A stretch of 64,000 nt of DNA from positions 256,001-320,000 of the forward strand of contig JBIJDH010000001.1 of assembly GCA_044344255.1 (NCBI GenBank), written 5' to 3'. The notes under the pieces were generated by a model. The model searched no databases. It saw only the letters and a program-made list of their open reading frames with translations, and had not been told where the DNA came from. Source of the stretch: Myxococcota bacterium (GTDB taxonomy: Bacteria > Myxococcota_A > UBA796 > UBA2385). Positions 1 to 8,688 of the stretch are shown piece by piece (the stretch's first letter is position 1; each line of letters begins with the position of its first letter). The translations under genes and the position numbers were made by a program.

Positions 1-199
1 GCTGGGGGGTGCTGGCCGCATGGCAGGAGGCGCACCAGCTCCGAAAGAAGGGCTGCCCCCAGCTCGTCCAGGTCGGGTACGCCCCGTCGGCATCGGTGTA
101 GCAGCCGACCTCCCCGCGGGTAGCGCCGGCCGTAGCGGGCTCCTCCTCCGCCCCACAACCGAGGAGGCCAAGGGCGAGCACCCAGCCGATTCTCCTCAT
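1..199 (-). CDS. c-type cytochrome lipoprotein (runs off the window start)
   Basis: Not in the ORF track. Manual translation from ATG 199 gives MRRIGWVLALGLLGC (lipobox)...WGQPFFRSWCASCH (CxxCH). The start overlaps the stop of the DUF1501 gene (TGATG). Confidence 0.75.
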   Translation of the reverse strand, partial: MRRIGWVLALGLLGCGAEEEPATAGATRGEVGCYTDADGAYPTWTSWGQPFFRSWCASCHAASTPQ

Positions 200-1485
200 C
201 AAAGAGCCAACATCGCGCGCAGCGGGGCGACATCGGCACCAAAAGCCTCTATGGGATCGAGGCCCGCGAGCTCAAGCAGGGCCGCCCCCACATGGGCCGG
301 CTCCAGTACGGTCCCACCCAGCGCTCCATCGGGGTCGAGCTCCCCCGTCTCCCCGACCACCGCTGTACCCACATTCGCCTCGTTGAAGGCGCCGATCACC
401 TGTCCGCCTGCGATACCCCCGCCGATGAGCAGGAGCGAGGTGGTCATCCAATGGTCCTTGCCGAGGGAGCTGTTCACCCGAGGTGCCCGGCCCATCTCGG
501 AGCAGACGACGATGGTGACCTCATCAAGGAGGCTGTTCCCCCAGGTCCCGGGGGTCGAATTGAGGCCCTCCACGATCTCCAGGAGGTTGGCGAAGAGCCC
601 CTCAAAGGAGGGCGCCTGGCGCGTGATCTCCGAGTGGTGGTCCCAGCGCCCGTCGAGGAAGCCGCGGTCTGCCACCATGGCCGTGCGGGAGAGGCCGGAA
701 GAGAGCAGCTCCACGGCAGACCAGAGCTGATCGATGCTCTCACCGCCTTCGAGCGAGAGGCCAGCCGCGGCGGCGCGGAGGATGTCGAGGTCATCGAGCG
801 CCGTGCCATAAGCGCCGAGGATACGGGCCTCGGCCCCCTGTCCGGCGGAGCCCGACAGGCCAGCGATACGGGCCCGGATATAGGCATCCTCCAGGGACAC
901 AAGCGCGTCAGAGGGCAGACGAAGCGCCGGCTCCGCCCCGACGACGCAGCTCCCATCGAGCAAAGCGACGAGCTGACCATTCGTGCCCACCCGCACGACC
1001 CCGCTCGACTGGCGGTGTACGAAGGCTGGGCCGGAGAGCACCACATGACGGAGGGGCAGGTGCTCGGGGGAGCCCGCGGCGATGCGGCTCGGCAGGTCCT
1101 GTCCGTCGGCCGAGGCGGAGCCGGTGAGGAGCAGGCGGGTGCAGCGGTCATGGGCGATGGAGCGGACCTCGAGACCGTTGATGAGGCAGCATCGCGACGG
1201 GTATCGCCGGAAGAGCTCGTCCACCGAGGGGCGGCCCGGCCCGGAGACCCAGGAGAGCCCTCCCGCGGACGCGGGCTCGGAGCCGTCGTCGGGCATGTCT
1301 ACGGCGGCATTGTCGAAGGCAGGGTTGAAAACCCAGGTCGGGTCCCAGCCCCCATCCGCGAAGATGAAGAGAAAACGCCGACCATTCGCCGGGACCGCCC
1401 CGCGAGCGAGCCCCGGCAGCCCGAGGCCGGCGCAGAGGCCGAGGCCAATCGGGAGGCGGCGGACGAGGTCACGGCGATGGAGCAT
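199..1485 (-). CDS. DUF1501 family protein, Tat-exported
   Basis: HRRDLVRR twin-arginine-like leader; FIFADGGWDP, WDHH, SEMGRAP and GKDHW motifs; adjacent to a DUF1585/1588-type gene. Confidence 0.85.
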   Translation of the reverse strand: MLHRRDLVRRLPIGLGLCAGLGLPGLARGAVPANGRRFLFIFADGGWDPTWVFNPAFDNAAVDMPDDGSEPASAGGLSWVSGPGRPSVDELFRRYPSRCCLINGLEVRSIAHDRCTRLLLTGSASADGQDLPSRIAAGSPEHLPLRHVVLSGPAFVHRQSSGVVRVGTNGQLVALLDGSCVVGAEPALRLPSDALVSLEDAYIRARIAGLSGSAGQGAEARILGAYGTALDDLDILRAAAAGLSLEGGESIDQLWSAVELLSSGLSRTAMVADRGFLDGRWDHHSEITRQAPSFEGLFANLLEIVEGLNSTPGTWGNSLLDEVTIVVCSEMGRAPRVNSSLGKDHWMTTSLLLIGGGIAGGQVIGAFNEANVGTAVVGETGELDPDGALGGTVLEPAHVGAALLELAGLDPIEAFGADVAPLRAMLAL

Positions 1486-1500
1486 GGGTGTCCACTAGGC

Positions 1501-3132
1501 TCAGTAGCTCAGGAATTCGGGGTCGCGTAGGAGCACACCCACGACGGTGGCCCAGGCCTCCCGACCGGAGCCGCTCTCGGCCTCGGCGGCGGTCCAGAGC
1601 CTGGTGAGGGCGGCAAGGGTGTCGGGGGTAGGGCGGATGGCGAGGAGGCGCCAGTGGAGCCCGGCCAGGGTCTCCTGAAAGGCGGGGTCTTCGGGTCGGC
1701 TCTGTTCATCGAGCTCACCGAGGAGGCGGGCCGGGCGCTCCCCGTCGAGGTCGTGGTCCACGGCGACCCGCGCGGCCACCTCGGCGACCCGAGCGCTCCA
1801 GAGGGCCCAGGTGAGACCGGGGGTGGAGGCCGGGGCGGTCACAGCCTCGCCGTCCACGGAGCCCGAGAGGATGCGGTAGCCGGTGCTGTCCTCGTCCTGC
1901 TGGTCAGCGCCGTCGAGGGTCCAGGACAGGCCGGTGAGCTCCGAGAGCAGGCTCTCCTGCTGGCTCCCGACGAGGATGCGGCGGGTGGCCTCGCGGTCGA
2001 GGTCTGTCAGGCTCGCCCCGCCGCCGAGGCCGCCGGCTCGATAGGACTCCCCATCGGTGATCACCCGAATGGCCGCCTTCAGCGCGAGGTCTTCGTCTAC
2101 GAATGCCTCGCGGGCCTCTCGGAGGAGCGCCCTATCGGTTTCTTCGACGGGTCGGCGGAGGAGGCCGCTCAACACGGTCTCGACGGCGCAGTCGAGGAAA
2201 CGGCCGTCCGCGGCGATGGCCCTGCCGAGTCCGCCGAGCCCCTCCACCGGCTCCCCATACCAGGCCGGGGAGACCCCGAGGGTGGTGGGACCGTTGGTCT
2301 CCCGTTCAGGGTGGTAACGGGTCTTCTCGATGGCGCTGTAATCATCGGCCGCGAGGAAGCCGAAGAGGGTGGCGGCGATAGGCTCGATGGTGGCGTGGCA
2401 GCCCTGGCAGGTGGGCTCGGTGAGGATGGCGGTCGCGGCGTCCTCGCTCCCGGCGGCGAGGGCCTCCGTGAAGACCACCGGGCGGCTGAGCAGGTCCTCA
2501 CAGATGAGCAGGTCGAGGATGGCGGCTGTCCGGCGCCGATTGTAGTTGTAGAGAGGGCTCGAATAACGCCACCAGAGCCCATTCGTGCTGAGCACCCCAG
2601 CTGCAGGGCGGTTGTCGGTGTATCGGGCCACCGTCCAATCATCGCCGGCCTCACGGTCGAGCGGGTAGATGGACTCGAGCAGCGGGTTGGCGACTGTCCA
2701 ATCTGCCGTGACCACCTCGACATAGGGCCGATCCTCGGCCACCACCCTGGCGACGAGGCGCAGCGGCTCCTGGCCGACGCTCCGCTGGAAGCTGTAGGTC
2801 TCCTCGTCGGGGAAGCCGAGATCGGCGGCGGTGGCGCTGTACTCGTCGAGCTCCATCCGCCAGCGCTCCTGGTAGAGGTCGACGAGGCGCTCGGCAAAAC
2901 GAGGGTCGGCGAGCCACTCCTCTCGGAGCGCGCTGAGGGCCTCCGCATCGGCCTCCGCGGCGTCGAGCTCGTCGGTGGTGGGCAGCACACCGCGCAGATC
3001 GAGGCTGAGCCGCCGGGCGAGGCGGGGGCGGTCGAGGGGGAGGAGGCTGGGCTCGTCGACGGAGGGTGAGTCCGCATCCGGGTGGCAGGCGAGGAGGAGG
3101 CCAAGCAGCCATAGGCGGAGGGGCGCGCTCAT
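1501..3132 (-). CDS. DUF1585/DUF1588 (PSD-type) haem c lipoprotein
   Basis: LLLAC lipobox; RRLSLDLRG motif; CQGCH haem motif followed by IEPIA; standard partner of DUF1501. Confidence 0.8.
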   Translation of the reverse strand: MSAPLRLWLLGLLLACHPDADSPSVDEPSLLPLDRPRLARRLSLDLRGVLPTTDELDAAEADAEALSALREEWLADPRFAERLVDLYQERWRMELDEYSATAADLGFPDEETYSFQRSVGQEPLRLVARVVAEDRPYVEVVTADWTVANPLLESIYPLDREAGDDWTVARYTDNRPAAGVLSTNGLWWRYSSPLYNYNRRRTAAILDLLICEDLLSRPVVFTEALAAGSEDAATAILTEPTCQGCHATIEPIAATLFGFLAADDYSAIEKTRYHPERETNGPTTLGVSPAWYGEPVEGLGGLGRAIAADGRFLDCAVETVLSGLLRRPVEETDRALLREAREAFVDEDLALKAAIRVITDGESYRAGGLGGGASLTDLDREATRRILVGSQQESLLSELTGLSWTLDGADQQDEDSTGYRILSGSVDGEAVTAPASTPGLTWALWSARVAEVAARVAVDHDLDGERPARLLGELDEQSRPEDPAFQETLAGLHWRLLAIRPTPDTLAALTRLWTAAEAESGSGREAWATVVGVLLRDPEFLSY

Positions 3133-4025
3133 TCGGCGCTCGCCGTGGTCAGCGCCTCGAAGAAGGGGGCGGGATCGATACAGAGCTCCCCCATCTCCTG
3201 CTCATCCTCGTCATAGAGCTGCCCGCAGGTCGAGCAGTGCTCGTCGAAGTCGAGGCGGTACCAGGCCCCGTTCGACTGTCGAATTGAGATGGAGCCCGCC
3301 CAGATCCCATCGGCACAGTCCGACGGCGCGATGCTGAGCTCATCAAAGAGCAGCGAGGCCCCGAGCAGGGTCGCATCTCCGCGCACCACCTGAAGGAAGG
3401 TGCCGGTCGTCTCCTGCCGACCGTCGATGCTGAGATCGCCGGAGAAGCCCTCTTGGAGCCAGGGGACGGTGCCCGCGCTGTCGAACCAGGTTCCGGCGAT
3501 GGAGGAGTTCCAATGAGACTCGACGCTGTCCCGAGAGAGGCTCTGGAGCAGCGTGCCGCCGGCGCTGAGCGCGCTCCCGTCGGGGCGGGTGATGACATAG
3601 TCCGCGGGCGCCGTGATCACGGTGTAGAACCCGGTCCAGCTCCCATCCTCTGCATAGACCCGTGTATCGGTGGTGGCGAGGCCGGCGGCCCCGGTGAAGA
3701 TGTAGCCTTCCTCGCTCTCGCAGCTCCCCACCACAGCGAAGCCCTCGACGAACTCATCACCTGGACAGTCGGTATCACCATGGCTCAAGAGCTCACGGTA
3801 GTCGGCCAGGACGGGCTGCGCGGTGGGGAGGCCATTCTGGAGGGCGCGCTCGAGCTCCGCCCCCACCTCCACCGCAGACCAGGGGGGCTCCACGCTGCCG
3901 CCCTCGATCAGGGCCGACCAGTCATCATCCGCGGTGGGGTCAAGCCACTCGGCGGCGGGCTCTTCACAGCTCACCGGCTCCGACGTGCAGGCCAGGAGGA
4001 GGATCCACACCCCATGACGGTACAT
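3129..4025 (-). CDS. hypothetical lipoprotein
   Basis: LLLAC lipobox; acidic and Cys-containing; overlaps the next gene by 4 bp. Confidence 0.7.
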   Translation of the reverse strand: MYRHGVWILLLACTSEPVSCEEPAAEWLDPTADDDWSALIEGGSVEPPWSAVEVGAELERALQNGLPTAQPVLADYRELLSHGDTDCPGDEFVEGFAVVGSCESEEGYIFTGAAGLATTDTRVYAEDGSWTGFYTVITAPADYVITRPDGSALSAGGTLLQSLSRDSVESHWNSSIAGTWFDSAGTVPWLQEGFSGDLSIDGRQETTGTFLQVVRGDATLLGASLLFDELSIAPSDCADGIWAGSISIRQSNGAWYRLDFDEHCSTCGQLYDEDEQEMGELCIDPAPFFEALTTASAE

Positions 4026-4088
4026 CCAGGCAGGTCAGCCCGCAAGCAGGGGCCCGATATGCGAACATGCCGCTCCCCCGGAGCGACC

Positions 4089-5717
4089 ATGGCCCGCCTC
4101 ATCCCCCTGCTCTTCCTCCTCGCCTGCGGCCCTGAGAAGGGCGACGGGCGCTCGCGAGACGACGGAGGGCCGCTCATCGAAGACAGCGGCGAGGCCCCCC
4201 TCGACGCGGACGGGGATGGCTGGACGGAGGCGGAGGACTGCGATGACACCGATCCCGCGGTCCACCCCGAGTCCATCGACTGGCGGGACGACGGGAAGGA
4301 CAATGACTGCGACGGCACGCCTGACCCCACCCGCAGCGCCTCCGACGCCCCCGTGACCATCCAGGGCGGGCCCGGCGACTACCAGAGCTGGGGCCTCGCC
4401 CTCTGCGACCTCGACGGGGACGGGCTCGGCGACATCGTCACCGGCTCCCCCGGTAGCTCCGCCTATGCGGGGGATGTAAGCATATTTTTTGGCAAGAACC
4501 GCGAGAGCTGGACGCCAGAGATGAGCGCTGACGCGGGGGACGTGATGCTCGCCGGCCTCGCCCCTGGCGAGTTCTTCGGCATCGACATCACCTGCGGCGA
4601 CCTCGACGGAGACGGGCTCGACGACCTCGTCATCGGCAACGCCGAGCTCCTGAGCGCCGCCGCCGGCTTCACTGACCCTCACTACCGGGTGCGCACCTTC
4701 CTCGCCGCCAACGGCTGGCCTCGCCAACGCCCCGCGGCGGAGGCCGACCTCGACCTCGTGATGACCTTGGGCGTCCCCGACGTGGCCGAGATCGAGGAGC
4801 GCTGCTTCACCTCGGTCCACGACCTCGACGGGGACGGCGCGGGAGAGCTGCTCGTCGCGCTCGGCGGCGACGACACGGCCCGCTACGACGGGGAGCGCCG
4901 CCTCGTGGCCCTGTCCACGGTCGGGCTCACGGGCTCCGTCGAGCTCAGCGAGGTCCCCCACTGGAATTTCCGATTCCCCCAGCCCACTCAGCTCGCCCTC
5001 GCCCGTGGGGTCGATGACCTCGACGGTGACGGCAAAGGCGAGCTCTTCGCCCTGTCGGCCAATTGGACAGACAATGAGGAGGACCTCGACGCCTATGTGG
5101 GAGAGGTGGGGGCCCGCTCGGGGTTGCCGGCGGAGCAGGGCGAGCAGGAGTGGGACCCGGGAGAGGTCTTCACGCTGCGCGGCGAAGGGGCCTCCGAGGC
5201 GCTCGGCACGGAGGCGGCCTTCGATGACTTCGACGGGGACGGCCTCCTCGACGGGGTCTTCCCGGTGGTGGGCGACGACACCTACGCCGTCGACGGCGGG
5301 GGCCTCCTCCTCGTCACAGACCTCGGCGCCGCCTTTGGCGCCGGGCTCCAGCTCCAGTCCGACCGCTCGGGCCCGATCATCGGGGGGGACACCAGCACCG
5401 GCTACTACGGCTACCGCCTCGCCCCCGCCGGAGACGTAGACGGCGACGGCGTCCGCGACCTCTGGGCCGCCTGGTTCGCCGACGCCGACGGCCTCGGACG
5501 CCTCGATCTCCTCTCCGGCGCCGCCCTCCAGTCCGGCGGCCTCGGCCCCGCGCTCGCCCGCCTCGAGTGGACCTCCGAGGCCGACCCCTACTTCGGCTAT
5601 CGGGTGGTCTCTGGGCAAGACATCGACGGTGACGGCATCTTCGACGTGGTCGTGTCCTGGCTCGGACAGGGCGCCTTCGCCGGGCGGACGGTGGTGCTCC
5701 TGTCCACGACCTGGTGA
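4089..5717 (+). CDS. FG-GAP/integrin-like beta-propeller lipoprotein with MopE-like metal-binding motif
   Basis: ATG 4089 MARLIPLLFLLAC; DADGDG...DCDD..HP..DNDCDG motif; repeated DLDGDGxxD motifs. Confidence 0.85.
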   Translation: MARLIPLLFLLACGPEKGDGRSRDDGGPLIEDSGEAPLDADGDGWTEAEDCDDTDPAVHPESIDWRDDGKDNDCDGTPDPTRSASDAPVTIQGGPGDYQSWGLALCDLDGDGLGDIVTGSPGSSAYAGDVSIFFGKNRESWTPEMSADAGDVMLAGLAPGEFFGIDITCGDLDGDGLDDLVIGNAELLSAAAGFTDPHYRVRTFLAANGWPRQRPAAEADLDLVMTLGVPDVAEIEERCFTSVHDLDGDGAGELLVALGGDDTARYDGERRLVALSTVGLTGSVELSEVPHWNFRFPQPTQLALARGVDDLDGDGKGELFALSANWTDNEEDLDAYVGEVGARSGLPAEQGEQEWDPGEVFTLRGEGASEALGTEAAFDDFDGDGLLDGVFPVVGDDTYAVDGGGLLLVTDLGAAFGAGLQLQSDRSGPIIGGDTSTGYYGYRLAPAGDVDGDGVRDLWAAWFADADGLGRLDLLSGAALQSGGLGPALARLEWTSEADPYFGYRVVSGQDIDGDGIFDVVVSWLGQGAFAGRTVVLLSTTW

Positions 5718-5757
5718 GCGGAGGGGGCGGCGAGGCACCGTGGGGGCGGCGGCCGAC

Positions 5758-6534
5758 CTAACCTTCGAACGGAGGGCTGCCCGTTCGGCGCAGCGCCTCC
5801 ATCAGATCAGCGCTCTGGCGCATCTCTTCGACGGCAGCGTGGTAGGACTTCCCCACCCGATGAACCTCCTCGGCCGGCCAGGCCTTCTCCGCGAGTCGGC
5901 GGTTGTAGCTATCTCTCAGCCACTGAAGGTGCTCTTTTGGACGCGCAAGCTCATCGAGCCTCCCGCGGTCGGCTCTCCAGCACGTCACTTCCTTCCGGCG
6001 CGCCTGCGAGTTCGGCAGTTCGTCGGCGATTCGATCCAGCTCATCGAGGTTCTGGTAGAGCCATGCCTCGATGCTGTAATAGGGCACAATGAGGAAGAGA
6101 TGCTTACACAAGCGGTCGGCCGCCGCGTCGCTCTGCCCCAGGTCCTTGATGGCCCTCCGCACCGTCTGAAACATGTCCGTCCGGTACCTCTCCGGGTTCT
6201 CAGCGGTCTCACGCCCCGCCCAGGGTCGATCACCATCGACATGGTGATCGACGAAGTGAGCGTCCGGCCGCGCGGTCAGGTGTCGGGCGATCGCGCGGGC
6301 CAGCGTGATTCGTCCATGGCGGCTATCCCTCCCGCTCCCCTTCCAGAGGTTTGAGCTCAGGATAGGTCGCCAACCGGGCTGATCGGGCAGAAATTCGATC
6401 CGGTGGGTCTGGGTGTCGCTGTCGAGGACATCGACGAAGGTGCGCTTGAGCAGGCAACTCCAAATGTGCGCGCGGTGCTTGTCTCCGTCCTCAGATAGGA
6501 TGAGGATGGAGAGGGGGTAGCTCGACTCAGGCAA
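5758..6534 (-). CDS. TOPRIM-like (DUF4276/DUF4435-like) partner of the ABC ATPase
   Basis: ILILSED first-strand glutamate, HVDGD (DxD) and YYSIEAWL motifs; 6 bp downstream of the ATPase. Family assignment inferred from motifs. Confidence 0.6.
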   Translation of the reverse strand: MPESSYPLSILILSEDGDKHRAHIWSCLLKRTFVDVLDSDTQTHRIEFLPDQPGWRPILSSNLWKGSGRDSRHGRITLARAIARHLTARPDAHFVDHHVDGDRPWAGRETAENPERYRTDMFQTVRRAIKDLGQSDAAADRLCKHLFLIVPYYSIEAWLYQNLDELDRIADELPNSQARRKEVTCWRADRGRLDELARPKEHLQWLRDSYNRRLAEKAWPAEEVHRVGKSYHAAVEEMRQSADLMEALRRTGSPPFEG

Positions 6535-6540
6535 AACAGC

Positions 6541-7809
6541 CTACCACAATCCATAGGTTCGAAGGATCTCGCTGACGTGCTTCAGGTCCACCTCATAGGA
6601 CTGAAAAACATAGCGTGCGAGCGACTCGGCGGGTTTCTCCCACACCCATTTCCCGCGGTTGTCACGATCCGAGCGGCAGATAACAAAAGTGTCTCGCACC
6701 TCCCTGGCCGATTCGAATTCAAGGTAGTCCAGCACCAGCGGCTCCTGTGCGGCGAGGAACGCCTGTCGGTCACCGATCTCCTCGATGCAGGCATCAATCA
6801 GCGAATGATGGAGGCCATTTGTAAGCTCATCGGCAATGAGCGGGCCATCAATGGCGCATTGACTCAAATACATCCACACAAACATTCTCTTTTGACCGAA
6901 ACTAAGAGAATGAATAGTTTCAAATCTCTCACCACCATCTGTTGGAATGAACGAAATATCCACTCCATGAAACTGGCCTGCAGTGATCATCTTCATGCGA
7001 ATGGAGACTTCGTGAAAGTCCAGGCACTTTTCGAATGAGCGAGCCAATGAGTGCTCCCACCCCTGGGGTTGCGGCACGAGACGTCCAAAAATCATTTCGG
7101 TGGCCGGAGCGACATATTCAGCGTGCAGTTCCGCGCCATCTATCATATCTTGAATGGGCTCCACTTCTTCAATCTCATGCATCTCGCCATCAGCGACCCG
7201 GTAAGGCGTACCCAATACATACAGGTCTTCGTCCCCCATCGGAGCCGTAATTGCCTTAAACATCTCAAGGTGCTCGTCAAACCTGAACGCTTCGGAAAAA
7301 ACCACCAAAGGCAGACGATCGGAGACAATGCCTAACGCCTGAGCGACAAGTTGCACCACTGCGCTATTCAGCTCTCCCGAGAACAGGTCAATTGAACGAA
7401 TTTCTTGCTCGACAGCTTCCAGGTCCTGTGGTCCCTCGTCGCCAACACTCAGTTTGACCGACCTCCCCGTTTCTGAAGAGAAATTGCAGGTGATTGCGAT
7501 ATGCTGATACTTCCCATCACAGGTCCACAATGCCCCCGGCGGTCCTCCGCGGTTACGTCGTCCCGTCGAATTGGCACGAATCGTAATACGTTCACACGTT
7601 CGAAAGCTGATTTCGTACTCGATATCAAATTTCTCCTCTTCTATTGGATTGAAGTCCCCCCGCACGACCACCGAGATGAGGTCGAGAAGGTGCGTCTTCC
7701 CTGTCCCGTTTTTCCCGAGGATCACATTGATTCCATCCGCAAAGTCGAGCGCCGTCCCCGGCGCCACGTTCCGCCACTTGTGGATGACAAGCCGCTTCAG
7801 GCGGATCAT
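6541..7809 (-). CDS. ABC-type ATPase (AAA_15/AAA_21 family)
   Basis: Walker A GKNGTGKT, signature LSFGQ, Walker B LIADE, D-loop NGLH; no transmembrane partner gene. Confidence 0.85.
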   Translation of the reverse strand: MIRLKRLVIHKWRNVAPGTALDFADGINVILGKNGTGKTHLLDLISVVVRGDFNPIEEEKFDIEYEISFRTCERITIRANSTGRRNRGGPPGALWTCDGKYQHIAITCNFSSETGRSVKLSVGDEGPQDLEAVEQEIRSIDLFSGELNSAVVQLVAQALGIVSDRLPLVVFSEAFRFDEHLEMFKAITAPMGDEDLYVLGTPYRVADGEMHEIEEVEPIQDMIDGAELHAEYVAPATEMIFGRLVPQPQGWEHSLARSFEKCLDFHEVSIRMKMITAGQFHGVDISFIPTDGGERFETIHSLSFGQKRMFVWMYLSQCAIDGPLIADELTNGLHHSLIDACIEEIGDRQAFLAAQEPLVLDYLEFESAREVRDTFVICRSDRDNRGKWVWEKPAESLARYVFQSYEVDLKHVSEILRTYGLW

Positions 7810-7812
7810 GGG

Positions 7813-8667
7813 TCACTCCTCCCCGAACTGCGCGCTCAGCCGATCGGCGGCCAGCGCCGTCGCCGCGCCCTGGCGGATCTTGGTGACGGCCTCGTGGTGG
7901 AGGCCGCCCTGCTCGAGGTGGCTCGTGATGGTGAAGGCCGTCTCGAGGTGCTCGGCGCGGTCCTGGCCCTCGCTCACGGCGGCGGCGTTGTAGTGGGCCG
8001 CCGCCATGCGGAGGATGGCGTGGGCGTTGGCCTCGGTGGTCTGGGCCACGATCTCGAGGCCGCGGATGGCGTCGTGCCAGGCGGCGAGCGCGGTGGCGCC
8101 ATCCCCGGCGTTCATGGCGAGCTGGCCCACGGCCTCGGCGCAGTCGGCGAGGACGGCGGCGGCCTCGGCGGGGTCTTTGCTCTCGTAGAGCCAGCGGCGG
8201 GCGGCGACGGCCCGCTCGCGGAGGAAGCCGACGTAGACCTCGGCGTGCGTCTCGGGATCGACAAACTGGGTGAGCGTGCCGAGCGCCTCGACGTGGAGGC
8301 GGAAGTGGGCGTCCACCGGCGCGAGGGTGACCACGCGGGCCAGCACCTCGAGGCGGTCCATCAAGAGCTCCCAGGCGCGCCCCGGCTCCTGCTCGTCCTC
8401 CATCGCCAGCGCGGCGCGGAGGTAGAGCGCGTCGCCGAGCTCGAGGTAGGCCGGCACGCCCGCGCCGAGCGTGACGGCGGCGCGGGCCTGCGAGAGGCGC
8501 TCCTCGCCGATCTCGACGGCGCGGGCGACGTCGCCCTGATCGCGGGCCGCGGCCACGCCCCGGGCGAGCTCCCGGCCCCGCGCGCCGATCCCCTCCGAGG
8601 AACCCTTCTCTTCCCCAGCCTCCTCGCCTACCGCCTTCCCGTCTACAGCCTTCTCATCTACAGGCAT
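7813..8667 (-). CDS. hypothetical alpha-helical (TPR-like) protein
   Basis: GC3-rich ORF of Ala/Leu/Glu helices, co-directional with neighbours; start uncertain. Confidence 0.6.
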   Translation of the reverse strand: MPVDEKAVDGKAVGEEAGEEKGSSEGIGARGRELARGVAAARDQGDVARAVEIGEERLSQARAAVTLGAGVPAYLELGDALYLRAALAMEDEQEPGRAWELLMDRLEVLARVVTLAPVDAHFRLHVEALGTLTQFVDPETHAEVYVGFLRERAVAARRWLYESKDPAEAAAVLADCAEAVGQLAMNAGDGATALAAWHDAIRGLEIVAQTTEANAHAILRMAAAHYNAAAVSEGQDRAEHLETAFTITSHLEQGGLHHEAVTKIRQGAATALAADRLSAQFGEE

Positions 8668-8688
8668 GCCGCCCTCCGGAAGGCGGAC

